A stretch of 50,436 bases of DNA, taken from Candidatus Omnitrophota bacterium (GTDB taxonomy: Bacteria; Omnitrophota; Gorgyraeia; Gygaellales; Profunditerraquicolaceae). The notes under the pieces are model-generated. The model was not told the DNA's origin. It was given only the letters and a program-made list of their open reading frames with translations, and ran no database searches. The position numbers and the translations under genes are program-made. This document shows, piece by piece, positions 27,726 to 37,351 of the stretch. How positions within the stretch are numbered: position 1 is the first letter of the stretch; each line of letters opens with the position of its first letter. The DNA lies in the NCBI GenBank assembly GCA_029561735.1, contig JAKQWZ010000016.1, positions 1-50,436 of the forward strand, in the 5' to 3' direction.

Positions 27726-28886
27726 TTATCTGAATTTTTTCTTTATCTTTTCACTAAAACTTTCCATGCCTGCCTGTTCTCCGCTGGCCCGGGCAAATTC
27801 TTCAATTAACCTGCGCTGTTCGGAATTAAGGCGGGACGGAATATCCACATTGACCCTGACTAATTCATCTCCGGGCTCTGCGCCATGGACATCAGGCATC
27901 CCTTTGCTTTTTAAGCGAAAAACCTTTCCCGGCTGGGTTCCCGCAGGGATCTTCATCCTGACATGGCCGCTTAAAGTAGGCACATCCACTTCAGACCCCA
28001 AAACAGCTTTAGAAAGGCTGATATTAATTTCCGTAAGTATATCATTTCCGTCACGATGATACAAGGGGTTTGGCCTGACCTCAACTATCACATAAAGGTC
28101 CCCTCTACCGGCAGTACCTGCTTCGCCTTCGCCCCTTACGCGTAAACTGGAGCCGTTATCAACTCCCTGAGGGATTTTAACCTTTATTTTACGGGTAACT
28201 TTTTCCCGGCCCTGGCCGTTACATTCAGGGCAAGGTGTCTGAATAATCATGCCCTCGCCGCCGCATCTGTGGCAAGTCTGGACCATCTGAAAGAAGCCAT
28301 TGGAGGCAACACTGCGGCCTGCCCCTTTACACTGAGGACAGGTAATCTTCTTGCTGCCCGGTTTTGCGCCGCTGCCCGAGCACATAGAACAAGTCTCATA
28401 ACGCGGGACACTAATAGTCATTTCAGTGCCGCGAAAAGCTTCTTCTAAAGACAAAGAAACTGATATCTCCAAATCCCTTCCCCGGCGCTGCCTGCCAGCC
28501 TGCCTTGACCGGCCGGACCTGCCTCCAAAATCAAACCCCAGATCAGAAAAAATCTCATCAAATATCCCGCCGCCCAACCCGTAATCACCCATACCCTGAA
28601 AAACACTGTTAAAATCAGCATTCTTAAAGATATCTTCCTGTGCATAGCGCTGATCAATTCCGGAATGCCCGTATTGATCGTATAATGCTCGCTTCTGGCT
28701 GTCAGAAAGTACGGCATAGGCTTCTGAAATTTCTTTAAATTTTTCTTCGGCTTCCTTTTTTTGTTCGTGCGGGACGCGGTCAGGGTGATAGCGCAAAGCC
28801 AACTCGCGATAAGATTTCCTGATCTCATCCAGAGAAGAACTCTTCTTTACCCCAAGAATTTCATAATAGTCGCGCTTAGTAGTCAC
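27726..28886 (-). CDS. dnaJ: Chaperone DnaJ
   Basis: J domain with HPD, G/F region, four CxxCxGxG repeats; GTG start overlaps the dnaK stop. Confidence 0.97.
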   Translation of the reverse strand: MTTKRDYYEILGVKKSSSLDEIRKSYRELALRYHPDRVPHEQKKEAEEKFKEISEAYAVLSDSQKRALYDQYGHSGIDQRYAQEDIFKNADFNSVFQGMGDYGLGGGIFDEIFSDLGFDFGGRSGRSRQAGRQRRGRDLEISVSLSLEEAFRGTEMTISVPRYETCSMCSGSGAKPGSKKITCPQCKGAGRSVASNGFFQMVQTCHRCGGEGMIIQTPCPECNGQGREKVTRKIKVKIPQGVDNGSSLRVRGEGEAGTAGRGDLYVIVEVRPNPLYHRDGNDILTEINISLSKAVLGSEVDVPTLSGHVRMKIPAGTQPGKVFRLKSKGMPDVHGAEPGDELVRVNVDIPSRLNSEQRRLIEEFARASGEQAGMESFSEKIKKKFR

Positions 28887-30802
28887 TATTTTTTATCGTC
28901 TTCTTCCTTAAACTCCGCATCAATCACATCATCTTTCTTTTCCGAGCCGCCTTCTTGCTTTGCCCCTTGCCCTTCATCCTTCGCGCCTGCCTGACCTTGC
29001 TGCTGGCCCTGTTGTTTAGCAGATGCCTGCTTGTATATTTCTTCGGCTAATTTATGCGAGGCCTTGGTTAATTCATCCATACATTTTTTTATACTGGCAA
29101 TATTCTTATCTTTGATTGCGGCCTTCAGGTCGTTTAATTTCGCCTCAATATCGCCGCGCTCTGACTGGCTGACTTTCTCGCCATAGTCTTTCAGGGATTT
29201 TTCAGTAGCATAGGCAAGATTATCCGCCTGATTAACCAGCTCTACTTCTTCTTTGCGCTTCGCATCTTCAGTGGCGAATTTCTCTGCATTCTTCACCATA
29301 TTATCAATTTCTTCTTTTGAAAGCTTGTGCGGAGCGGTTATTTTAATAGACTGCTCTTTTCCGGTGCCCAGGTCTTTAGCTGAAACGTGGACTATTCCGT
29401 TGGCGTCAATATCAAAGGCGACTTCAATCTGCGGGACTCCACGCGGGGCCGCAGGAATACCCACCAAATCAAATCTGCCAAGCTCTACGTTATCGTCTGC
29501 CATCGGGCGTTCGCCTTGCAGTACCCGGATTGTAACCGCGGTCTGATTATCGGCTGCAGTGGAAAATACCTGGCTTTTTCTGGTAGGTATGGTGGTATTC
29601 CTGTCAATCAGTTTTGTGCTGACTCCGCCGAGAGTTTCAATGCCCAGCGACAAAGGAGTAACATCCAGAAGAAGCACATCTTTGACATCACCTTTAATAA
29701 TCGCCGCTTGTATGGCTGCACCTAAAGCCACGCATTCCATAGGGTCAACGCCTCGTTCAATCTTTTTGCCAAAATAATCCTCAACGAATTTCTGGACTAT
29801 AGGCATGCGCGTAGGCCCGCCCACCATAATAATCTTATCAATGCCCTTGTCCGCAAACTCAATCCCTTCTTTACTAAAGGAATCTTTAGCATCCTTAAGC
29901 GCTCTTTCTAAGGGAGCGCGGCATCTTTCAATGATCGGGGAAACCAGTTCTTCCAATTTTGCCCGGTTTATAGGCATAGTTAGATGCTTCGGCCCGGTAG
30001 CATCAGCAGTAATAAAAGGAAGGTTGATATCCGTTGAGAGAGTGCTGGAAAGCTCAACTTTGGCTTTTTCCGCTGCTTCGCGCAGGCGCTGCATTGCCAT
30101 CTTATCATTTTTCAGGTCAATACCCGTATCGCGTTTAAACTGGTTGGCGATATAATCAATAAGCACATTGTCCATGTCTGTGCCGCCCAGCTGAGTATCG
30201 CCGCTGGTTGCCATTACTTTAAAGCCGCCTTCTTTCCACATTTCCATGATTGTAACGTCAAGGGTGCCGCCGCCGAAATCAAAAACAAGGATCTTTAATT
30301 CTTTTCCGGCTTTTTCCAAACCATAAGCAAGGCATGCCGCTGTCGGTTCATTGATTATCCTTAAGACCTTTAACCCGGCTATCTCGCCTGCATCCTTAGT
30401 TGCGGTCCTTTGGTTGTCGTCAAAATATGCCGGACAGGTTATAACCACTTCTTCAACCTTGTCCCCCAGATACGCCTCGGCATCCTGTTTTATTTTCTGC
30501 AGTATAAATGCAGATATCTGCTGAGGAGTGTATTCTTTACCGTAGATTTTAAAAAGATGATCAGTGCCCATCTTACGCTTAGCAGCCTGAATCGTCCCTT
30601 CAGCATTTATTGCCGCCTGGCGCCTTGCCGGCTCCCCTACAAGCTTCTGTCCGTCTTTAGTAAAAGCGACATACGAAGGAAACGCCTTTCCCGAAGCCAC
30701 CCCTGCACCTTCTGCCGAAGGGATTATTACCGGCCTACCGCCTTCCATAACAGCTGCTGCAGAATTTGAAGTACCCAAATCAATTCCTATAACCTTAGCC
30801 AT
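28886..30802 (-). CDS. dnaK: Chaperone DnaK (Hsp70)
   Basis: [54 protein letters not shown] tail. Confidence 0.98.
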   Translation of the reverse strand: MAKVIGIDLGTSNSAAAVMEGGRPVIIPSAEGAGVASGKAFPSYVAFTKDGQKLVGEPARRQAAINAEGTIQAAKRKMGTDHLFKIYGKEYTPQQISAFILQKIKQDAEAYLGDKVEEVVITCPAYFDDNQRTATKDAGEIAGLKVLRIINEPTAACLAYGLEKAGKELKILVFDFGGGTLDVTIMEMWKEGGFKVMATSGDTQLGGTDMDNVLIDYIANQFKRDTGIDLKNDKMAMQRLREAAEKAKVELSSTLSTDINLPFITADATGPKHLTMPINRAKLEELVSPIIERCRAPLERALKDAKDSFSKEGIEFADKGIDKIIMVGGPTRMPIVQKFVEDYFGKKIERGVDPMECVALGAAIQAAIIKGDVKDVLLLDVTPLSLGIETLGGVSTKLIDRNTTIPTRKSQVFSTAADNQTAVTIRVLQGERPMADDNVELGRFDLVGIPAAPRGVPQIEVAFDIDANGIVHVSAKDLGTGKEQSIKITAPHKLSKEEIDNMVKNAEKFATEDAKRKEEVELVNQADNLAYATEKSLKDYGEKVSQSERGDIEAKLNDLKAAIKDKNIASIKKCMDELTKASHKLAEEIYKQASAKQQGQQQGQAGAKDEGQGAKQEGGSEKKDDVIDAEFKEEDDKK

Positions 30803-30816
30803 GCTGCACCTCCTGT

Positions 30817-31368
30817 TTATTTTTTGTCAGTATTTCTTTTAGAAACCTTTACCTTTGCAGTCCTTATTACCCGGTCATTCATTAAATAGCCTTTTTGCAA
30901 CTCCTCCACAATCGTATGCTCAGGCCTAGCATCATCATCAACCTGCATAAGCGCCTCATGAAAATTAGGGTCAAAGATCTTTCCCTGTGCTTCAATAGGC
31001 TTGACTCCGTAATTTTTAAGCATATCGTAGAGATGCGCCAGGATCATCTCCACCCCTTTTAAGAACACCGGCAGGTCTTCCTGCTTTGACTCTGCCAAAG
31101 AAACTGCCCGCTCAAGGTCATCAAGTATATTCAGCAATTCAACGATTATGCCTTCATTGGCAAACCTGATAAAATCCTGCCTGTCTTTCTCTGTGCGCTT
31201 ACGGTTATTTTCCAAATCTGCCTGCATGCGCAGCATCTTATCCCAATACTCGTTGGCCTTTTGCGCTGATTCCTTAAGCTCAAGATACTCGCTTTCTTTG
31301 ATAGTTACGACCTTGGAATTATTCGCCTGATGTGCATGATGATTTTTTGGATTTTCTGTATTCGGCAT
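30817..31368 (-). CDS. grpE: Nucleotide exchange factor GrpE
   Basis: [24 protein letters not shown] and QKGY...RVIRTAKV motifs. Confidence 0.96.
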   Translation of the reverse strand: MPNTENPKNHHAHQANNSKVVTIKESEYLELKESAQKANEYWDKMLRMQADLENNRKRTEKDRQDFIRFANEGIIVELLNILDDLERAVSLAESKQEDLPVFLKGVEMILAHLYDMLKNYGVKPIEAQGKIFDPNFHEALMQVDDDARPEHTIVEELQKGYLMNDRVIRTAKVKVSKRNTDKK

Positions 31369-31369
31369 A

Positions 31370-32104
31370 TTAAATATCCTTTAATGTAATTGACAGGACA
31401 TCCGAGGCATATTCCAAAGTGGGAATAATGTGCCCGTATTCCATTCGGGTCGGGCCTAAAACAGCCAGCCTGCCCAAAGGCTTATCTTTTATATAATAGG
31501 TTGAAACAACCAGCGAACAATCCTCTATTTCCCTGCACTCAAGTTCCTCTCCAATAAGAATATTAATCTTCTTCTCAAAATCCTGATTTATAATTTCAAG
31601 GAATTTCTGCTTCTCCTCCAGTAATTTAATCAGGAGCCTGATACGTTTGGCATCGTGGAATTCCGGCTGGGCAAGAATAAAACTTAAACCCTTATACAAA
31701 AACCTGTCCTGGCGCTCAAGGTCCGAGACTATACTGGCGTAATGGGTAATCTGCGAAACAAGATTGGAAGTAACATCCAGTATCTCATCTATCTGGCCGG
31801 TGCCTTTTTTAAGCCGGCTGGAAATTGATTCTTTATCCGCATCCAGCAGTTCCATCTGGTCCGCAAGATAATTCACATAAAAACGGTAGCCTTTTTGCGT
31901 GGGGATCCTGCCTCCCGAAGTATAGGGATGCGTCAGATACCCTGCATCTTCCAGCTCCGAAAAGATATTCCTGATTGTAGCGCTACTTAAATTAAAGCTG
32001 CGGCTCATATCCTGCGACGAAACCGGTTCGGCATCCTTAATATAACGGCTGATCGTCTTGACCAGGACCGCATTTCTGCGCGCAGAATGATCAATATTTT
32101 TCAC
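31370..32104 (-). CDS. hrcA: Heat-inducible transcription repressor HrcA (short, 244 aa)
   Basis: wHTH EPVSS...SSATIRN..LE..GYL.HPYTSGGRIPT.KGYR; QPEF; C-terminal VLGPTRMEY; CIRCE immediately upstream. Confidence 0.92.
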   Translation of the reverse strand: MKNIDHSARRNAVLVKTISRYIKDAEPVSSQDMSRSFNLSSATIRNIFSELEDAGYLTHPYTSGGRIPTQKGYRFYVNYLADQMELLDADKESISSRLKKGTGQIDEILDVTSNLVSQITHYASIVSDLERQDRFLYKGLSFILAQPEFHDAKRIRLLIKLLEEKQKFLEIINQDFEKKINILIGEELECREIEDCSLVVSTYYIKDKPLGRLAVLGPTRMEYGHIIPTLEYASDVLSITLKDI

Positions 32105-32122
32105 CTTATACTTCTCCTTAAA

Positions 32123-32149
32123 TTAGCACTCTCACCTTAAGAGTGCGAA
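32123..32149. promoter_or_regulatory. CIRCE operator (HrcA binding site)
   Basis: TTAGCACTC-N9-GAGTGCGAA, one mismatch to the consensus TTAGCACTC-N9-GAGTGCTAA; lies between the promoter and the hrcA SD. Confidence 0.95.
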
Positions 32150-32154
32150 GATTA

Positions 32155-32182
32155 ATTTTAACATAAAATACTTTTTTGTCAA
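32155..32182 (-). promoter_or_regulatory. Sigma70-type promoter of the hrcA-dnaK operon
   Basis: Minus strand TTGACA-16 nt-TAAAAT with TGn, directly upstream of CIRCE. Confidence 0.75.
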
Positions 32183-32198
32183 CTAAGAAAATACTTGA

Positions 32199-33461
32199 TC
32201 AATTAATTTTTATTATATCTTTATCCTGCATAATCTTATCCGCTAAAAGACGGGAAATAGTTAATTTTATTTCAATCCCTTTATCAGTATACTGTATATC
32301 ATCAACCCTTGCCTGGCGGTAAAACAGCCCTACCAGGTCCATCCGCGAATGCGGAATATGGATATGCAGTTTTTGAGTACGCTCTCCGAACGCATCAGCG
32401 ATCCGGTTTAACAGTAAATCAAGGCTAATGCCTTTTTTTGCTGAAATGGCAATTGAATTGGGAAAATCCTCTATAAGCCTGCTGATCCATGCCTGATCGT
32501 CTATCAGGTCAATCTTATTTAACGCAATTATGGACGGCTTCTGGCCAACACCAAGCTCATCAAGGACTACCTGCACTGACTTGGCATAATCATGGACCCT
32601 TGGGTTGCTGGCATCCAGAACATGGATAAGCAGGTCTGATCCCACTGTTTCTTCCAAAGTGGCCTTAAAAGCTTCAATCAAGTTATGCGGAAGGTCATGT
32701 AAAAAACCTACAGTATCCGAAAGAACAGCATTTTCTCCGTCAGGCAAAGTTATGCTTTTTGACAAAGGATCCAAAGTAGTAAAAAGGCTGTTCTCAACAA
32801 TCTGGCCGGCGCGCGTAAGGGCATTCAAAAGAGTAGATTTTCCAGCATTAGTATAACCTACCAAAGCAACCTGCGGGATAGAATTTTCTTTGCGTCTTTT
32901 ACGTATCGTATCCCGGTGTTGAGACATGCTTTTAAGGTCATTTTTTAATTTATCCAGCTTCTCCCTTATCCGCCTGCGGTCAATTTCCAACGCCTGCTCA
33001 CCCGGGCCGCTGGTGCCTATGCCGCCTCCGGTACGCGAAAGAATAAGCCCTTTTCCGATCAAGCGGGGCAGTAAATACTGCAATTGAGCAAGCTCAACCT
33101 GAAGCTTTCCTTCCGGGGATTTAGCCCTGCGGGCAAAAATGTCCAGAATCAGCTGCGTGCGGTCTATGGTCTTTTTTCCGATTACATCTTCAAGGTTTCG
33201 CTGCTGGGTGCCGGAAAGTTCGCAACTGAATATTACCACATCTAAATTCTCTTCCTGGCATATAAAAGCGATTTCTTCGGCCTTTCCCCTGCCGATCATA
33301 AAATTCGGGGTAGGCCTGTCCCTGACGCAGCTGATATGGTCAACCACTTCAACAGAACAAGCGCCGGAAAGTTCTTCCAGCTCAACTGCGGTATCCTCTA
33401 TTGACCAGCCTTCTTTTTTATCAACAGTAAAACCAACTGTAACTAAGAGAGCTCTTTCCAT
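32199..33461 (-). CDS. hflX: Ribosome-splitting GTPase HflX
   Basis: LILDIFARRA, GGIGT.GPGE, GYTNAGKST, LFTTLDP, DTVGF and NKID motifs. Confidence 0.96.
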   Translation of the reverse strand: MERALLVTVGFTVDKKEGWSIEDTAVELEELSGACSVEVVDHISCVRDRPTPNFMIGRGKAEEIAFICQEENLDVVIFSCELSGTQQRNLEDVIGKKTIDRTQLILDIFARRAKSPEGKLQVELAQLQYLLPRLIGKGLILSRTGGGIGTSGPGEQALEIDRRRIREKLDKLKNDLKSMSQHRDTIRKRRKENSIPQVALVGYTNAGKSTLLNALTRAGQIVENSLFTTLDPLSKSITLPDGENAVLSDTVGFLHDLPHNLIEAFKATLEETVGSDLLIHVLDASNPRVHDYAKSVQVVLDELGVGQKPSIIALNKIDLIDDQAWISRLIEDFPNSIAISAKKGISLDLLLNRIADAFGERTQKLHIHIPHSRMDLVGLFYRQARVDDIQYTDKGIEIKLTISRLLADKIMQDKDIIKIN

Positions 33462-34360
33462 AAATTTTTGGCTATTTCCTTTGGTGTTTCGCTGCCTTTA
33501 ATACTCAACCATTTTATCCTCGGGTCTTTCCTGAACCAGGTCAATTGCCGCTTAGCATAATGACGGGTATTCAACTTCATTCTGGCCTTTGCCTCTTCCA
33601 GCGGGTATTCCCCTTTTATATAACCCTTTACTTCTTTTATGCCTATGGCATAAGAAGCGCTTCTGTTCAGGCGTTTTTTTAACAAGTTTTTTACTTCTTT
33701 GATTACACCCTCATCAAACATCCTCTCCACTCTTGAGTTTATCCTCTGATATAAAACATGGCGGTCCGGATTAATGCAAAATGCCCTTATATCATAATCT
33801 TTGCACAGTCCTGATCTTTGCCGCTGTAATAAAGAAATAGGCTTTCCTGTTGTTTCCAGAACCTCTAAAGCGCGGATAATCCGCTTCAGGTCATTCGGAT
33901 GAATCTTTACTGCGGCATCAGGGTCAACATTCATTAACTTTTTGTACAATTTCATGCTTCCGTATTTTTCTGCCTGCGAATAGAGCTTTTTAACTATTTT
34001 TGCATCCCGCGCGCCGGCTTCAAACAACCCGTTTATCAATGCAGACATATATAAACCCGTACCCCCGACAAATACCGGTACCCTGCCCTTAGTTATAATC
34101 TGATTGATTGCCTTTAAGGCAAGCTTGCGGTATTGAAAGGCATCAAAATCCTTACCCGGGTCAATTTCGTCTATCAAATAATGCTTAACCCCCTTGCGCG
34201 CAGATTTAAGAGGTTTTGATGTAAGGATATCCATGCCTTTATAGACTTGCATGGAATCGCAGGATATGATATCCCCATTAATCTTTTTTGCCAAAATAAC
34301 TGCAGCCTCAGATTTGCCTGCTGCAGTAGGCCCAACAATAAAAATAATCTTTTTTTTCAT
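33443..34360 (-). CDS. miaA: tRNA dimethylallyltransferase
   Basis: GPTAAGKS, DSMQVY, VGGTGLY, RIIRALEV and YAKRQLTWF motifs. Confidence 0.97.
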   Translation of the reverse strand: MKKKIIFIVGPTAAGKSEAAVILAKKINGDIISCDSMQVYKGMDILTSKPLKSARKGVKHYLIDEIDPGKDFDAFQYRKLALKAINQIITKGRVPVFVGGTGLYMSALINGLFEAGARDAKIVKKLYSQAEKYGSMKLYKKLMNVDPDAAVKIHPNDLKRIIRALEVLETTGKPISLLQRQRSGLCKDYDIRAFCINPDRHVLYQRINSRVERMFDEGVIKEVKNLLKKRLNRSASYAIGIKEVKGYIKGEYPLEEAKARMKLNTRHYAKRQLTWFRKDPRIKWLSIKGSETPKEIAKNLWKELS

Positions 34361-34363
34361 TAT

Positions 34364-36214
34364 CTATAGGGCAGAGAGCTCCAGGCGGATTATTTCAATG
34401 TCTAATTTACGCCAGCGGTTAATGTATTTAAGCGCTAAGTTAAACTGATCTCTTGCCTCTTGCCTTTGATTTAACGCCGCATAAGCCATACCCAGCTCAA
34501 AATGCGAGTTAAAATCATAAGGATCCAGAGAAACAGCTTTTAAAAGCACCTCTCTGGCTTCAGCAAACCGCAATTGCTGATTATAAATAAGGCCGAGATT
34601 ATAATAAGCATCTGCACAAAGCGGGCTGAATTTAGCGGCTTTGCGGTAATATTGTATAGCCTCATTAAATTTACCGAGCTTATAATTGATAAGCCCCTGC
34701 CGTAAAAACACCCGCCGGTTATAAGGCTTCAAAAGATATGCCTTCTCAAGTTCTGCCATCGCAGCTGAATAATCAGAATTATTTTCTAAAACCAAGGCAT
34801 TACTCATCCTTGCTTCAAATGCAGCCGAGTTAGCGTCCTGTTTAACTGAAAAAGCAAAAATCCTTCCATAGCTTGTTATAATAAAAACGCCGATCCAAAT
34901 AAGGCAAAGAATTTTAAAACCTCTCCAATTCCTGGCCCGGATATAATATACAAACTTTTCTATTGCCGCTGCGGCAAAGATCATAAATACCGGAATCAGC
35001 ATAAGCCTGTACCTTGCAGACACAAAGAATATGGCGATCCCAAGGCTAAAGGAGCCGATATAAAGGTAAAGCAGGAAATTTTTCTTAAAATCTTTTAACC
35101 CGATAAACAAGCCGATAAAAACAAAAGGCAGTATGTATGCCAGGTCCTTGAAAAGCACCTTAAGAACAGCGGATTCAGGCAAAACAAGGGCATACTCAAT
35201 ATCGTGCACATGCTCTTTAGGGCCTAATACCATCAGGAATTTTTTAATAAATTTACTCATAAACTCAAACGGCTCATTCCGGGCATAATCCAGCGACTTA
35301 TGCATCCAGAATGAGCTGACCTCTGAAGTTTTCAGGTTCCTGCCGGTTACTGCCTGCGCAATGATCCTGCTGTCGCGGAACATATCCTCCTGATTCGGAG
35401 TTATATCATCCGGCAAGAAAAAGACACCGGTGCTTTGCGGGTTATTTCCGGCGTAAAAATTGATCCCCAGATTACCGGCAATAGGGACAAAATCTTTTTC
35501 CGAGATATAATTCTTTAAAGCGGTTACTGCTATAATCATAAAAAATCCGCAGAGGAAGATTACAAACTTTCGGACAACCGGAAAAGTTTTTTTCTTTGCC
35601 TGGAAAAGTATTAAACCAACGGCCGGTATGCCGAATAAAACAATGCTGGCCTGGGTAATTGCGCAGATACCCAGGAAAATTCCGCAAATAAACACCCTCC
35701 TGCCGGAAGGATTACCGGAAATCTTAAACAAATACAGCAAGAATAAAGAATTTAATACAAGGGACAGGCTCGTATACATAACCAGCCCGTCATAGAAAAT
35801 AAACAGGCCGTACAGCAGGCACAATATGGCAGCTAAACCAGAAATAAAATTATTAAAAAATTTTCTGGCTATAAAAAAAACTAATATACAATTAAGGCAA
35901 CCAAGGATAAACTGGACAAAAAAGATTAAAGCCAGATTAGTGCCAAAGGCCTTAAACCATGCGCCCAGGCAATACGCATAAAGGGGCCATTTCATAAAAG
36001 ACAAGTATCCAAAATAATCTCCCGCAGCTACATCTTTGCCCCAGTTATAATAAGCGCTGCTGTCAGAGTTTTCTAATACGGGAAAGAACTTTAAGCTCAT
36101 CAACTCAGACAAATAAGCCATCCTTAAGCCAAAGCCTATGGCAAAAATAATGACCAAAAAAATAATAATTCTGGGAGTTAACCTTATCAATCTATCCGTA
36201 TCTGGCTGCATCAT
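34364..36214 (-). CDS. GT-C fold membrane glycosyltransferase (ArnT/PMT-like) with C-terminal TPR repeats
   Basis: ~11-12 TM segments, periplasmic D-S..Y..W loop, P.Y.Y, GINFYAGNN, RYRL motif; C-terminal TPRs (AYYNLGLIY, HFELGMAY). Confidence 0.8.
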   Translation of the reverse strand: MMQPDTDRLIRLTPRIIIFLVIIFAIGFGLRMAYLSELMSLKFFPVLENSDSSAYYNWGKDVAAGDYFGYLSFMKWPLYAYCLGAWFKAFGTNLALIFFVQFILGCLNCILVFFIARKFFNNFISGLAAILCLLYGLFIFYDGLVMYTSLSLVLNSLFLLYLFKISGNPSGRRVFICGIFLGICAITQASIVLFGIPAVGLILFQAKKKTFPVVRKFVIFLCGFFMIIAVTALKNYISEKDFVPIAGNLGINFYAGNNPQSTGVFFLPDDITPNQEDMFRDSRIIAQAVTGRNLKTSEVSSFWMHKSLDYARNEPFEFMSKFIKKFLMVLGPKEHVHDIEYALVLPESAVLKVLFKDLAYILPFVFIGLFIGLKDFKKNFLLYLYIGSFSLGIAIFFVSARYRLMLIPVFMIFAAAAIEKFVYYIRARNWRGFKILCLIWIGVFIITSYGRIFAFSVKQDANSAAFEARMSNALVLENNSDYSAAMAELEKAYLLKPYNRRVFLRQGLINYKLGKFNEAIQYYRKAAKFSPLCADAYYNLGLIYNQQLRFAEAREVLLKAVSLDPYDFNSHFELGMAYAALNQRQEARDQFNLALKYINRWRKLDIEIIRLELSAL

Positions 36215-37329
36215 TGCCCTTTTAAGCTGTTACAGGCCTGCTTTTGCAGGTCTAATAGTTGCCTGTGCCTGTTTTCTTTTACTTTAAGCGGCACATCGTC
36301 AGAAACTTTTTCCGCCGCGGTATTAGGCCGCGGCGAATATTTAAAAAGGTATGCCGCATTAAAGCGCATCTCCCTTAAAAGCCCGGAAGTAAGTTGGAAA
36401 TCCTCATCAGTCTCGCCGGGAAAACCGACAATTATATCGGTTGAAATCAGCCCATCTTTGACTATTTGACGGTAATCCTTAACCAAGCCCATAAAATACT
36501 CTCTGGTATAACCGCGGTTCATGCCCTTTAAAATCTTATTTGATCCTGACTGCAAAGGCAAATGCAGCTGCTTTTTAAGTTTATCCAGCCCTCTGATGGC
36601 CTGAAAAAGCTCTTTGCATGTATCCTTGGGATGAGAAGTCATAAAAGTGAATTCCTTAAGGCCTTTAATTAAATTAACCTTATTTAATAATCCAGTAAAG
36701 TCAAGGCCATCGCTTTGAAAGGAATTGACGTTTTGGCCTAAAAGCGTAATGCTGGTTATGCCATTTTCAATTGACTGTTCTATTTCTTTTAAGATATCAA
36801 AGGGCCTGCGGTGCCTCAAAGGGCCGCGCACATAAGGGACAATGCAATAAGAGCAAAAATTTGAGCAGCCTTCGGATATTATGACAAATGCGTGGTCTCT
36901 ATGTGAATGAAATCCGGTATGATATATGCCATCCGGCCTGTTTTCTCCATCTGACTCCCAAATTTTTACCTCATATAGCCCTTTATTTGAAAGCTTAACA
37001 ATTATTTCCGGAATTTTATGAATATCCTGCGGCCCAACCACAAAACTGACATTCGGCGCTTTTTCAAATATTTTTTCTTTGTAATTGCGCGCCATACATC
37101 CCACAACGCCTACTATTTTATCCTTGTAAACTCCTAATTGCGACCATACCTTATCTTCGGCATGCTGCCTGACTGAACAGGTATTTAGAATCACAACATC
37201 AGCCTCTTTATGGCTATTAACCGGTTTATATCCTTCCCTGATTAAGAGCCCGGTAATAATATCCGAGTCCCTCTCATTCATCTGGCAGCCGAATGTACGG
37301 ATGAATACCTTCTTTTTTTCTATTCTCAT
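36211..37329 (-). CDS. miaB: tRNA methylthiotransferase MiaB lacking the C-terminal TRAM domain
   Basis: TFGCQMNERDS, NTCSVR, GCMA, CSNFCSYC, LLGQNVN, TSHP, STDIIVGFPGET, YSPRP; only 372 aa. Confidence 0.9.
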   Translation of the reverse strand: MRIEKKKVFIRTFGCQMNERDSDIITGLLIREGYKPVNSHKEADVVILNTCSVRQHAEDKVWSQLGVYKDKIVGVVGCMARNYKEKIFEKAPNVSFVVGPQDIHKIPEIIVKLSNKGLYEVKIWESDGENRPDGIYHTGFHSHRDHAFVIISEGCSNFCSYCIVPYVRGPLRHRRPFDILKEIEQSIENGITSITLLGQNVNSFQSDGLDFTGLLNKVNLIKGLKEFTFMTSHPKDTCKELFQAIRGLDKLKKQLHLPLQSGSNKILKGMNRGYTREYFMGLVKDYRQIVKDGLISTDIIVGFPGETDEDFQLTSGLLREMRFNAAYLFKYSPRPNTAAEKVSDDVPLKVKENRHRQLLDLQKQACNSLKGQ

Positions 37330-37351
37330 AACAAAGAGTTATTTAATTGTG

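Noticed and set aside
28445-28828. Same-strand alternative-frame ORF within dnaJ (127 aa), and similar ones in pilQ, obg, lptD and the GT gene
   Set aside because: No motifs or ribosome-binding sites; the host ORFs are intact, so no frameshift needs to be invoked
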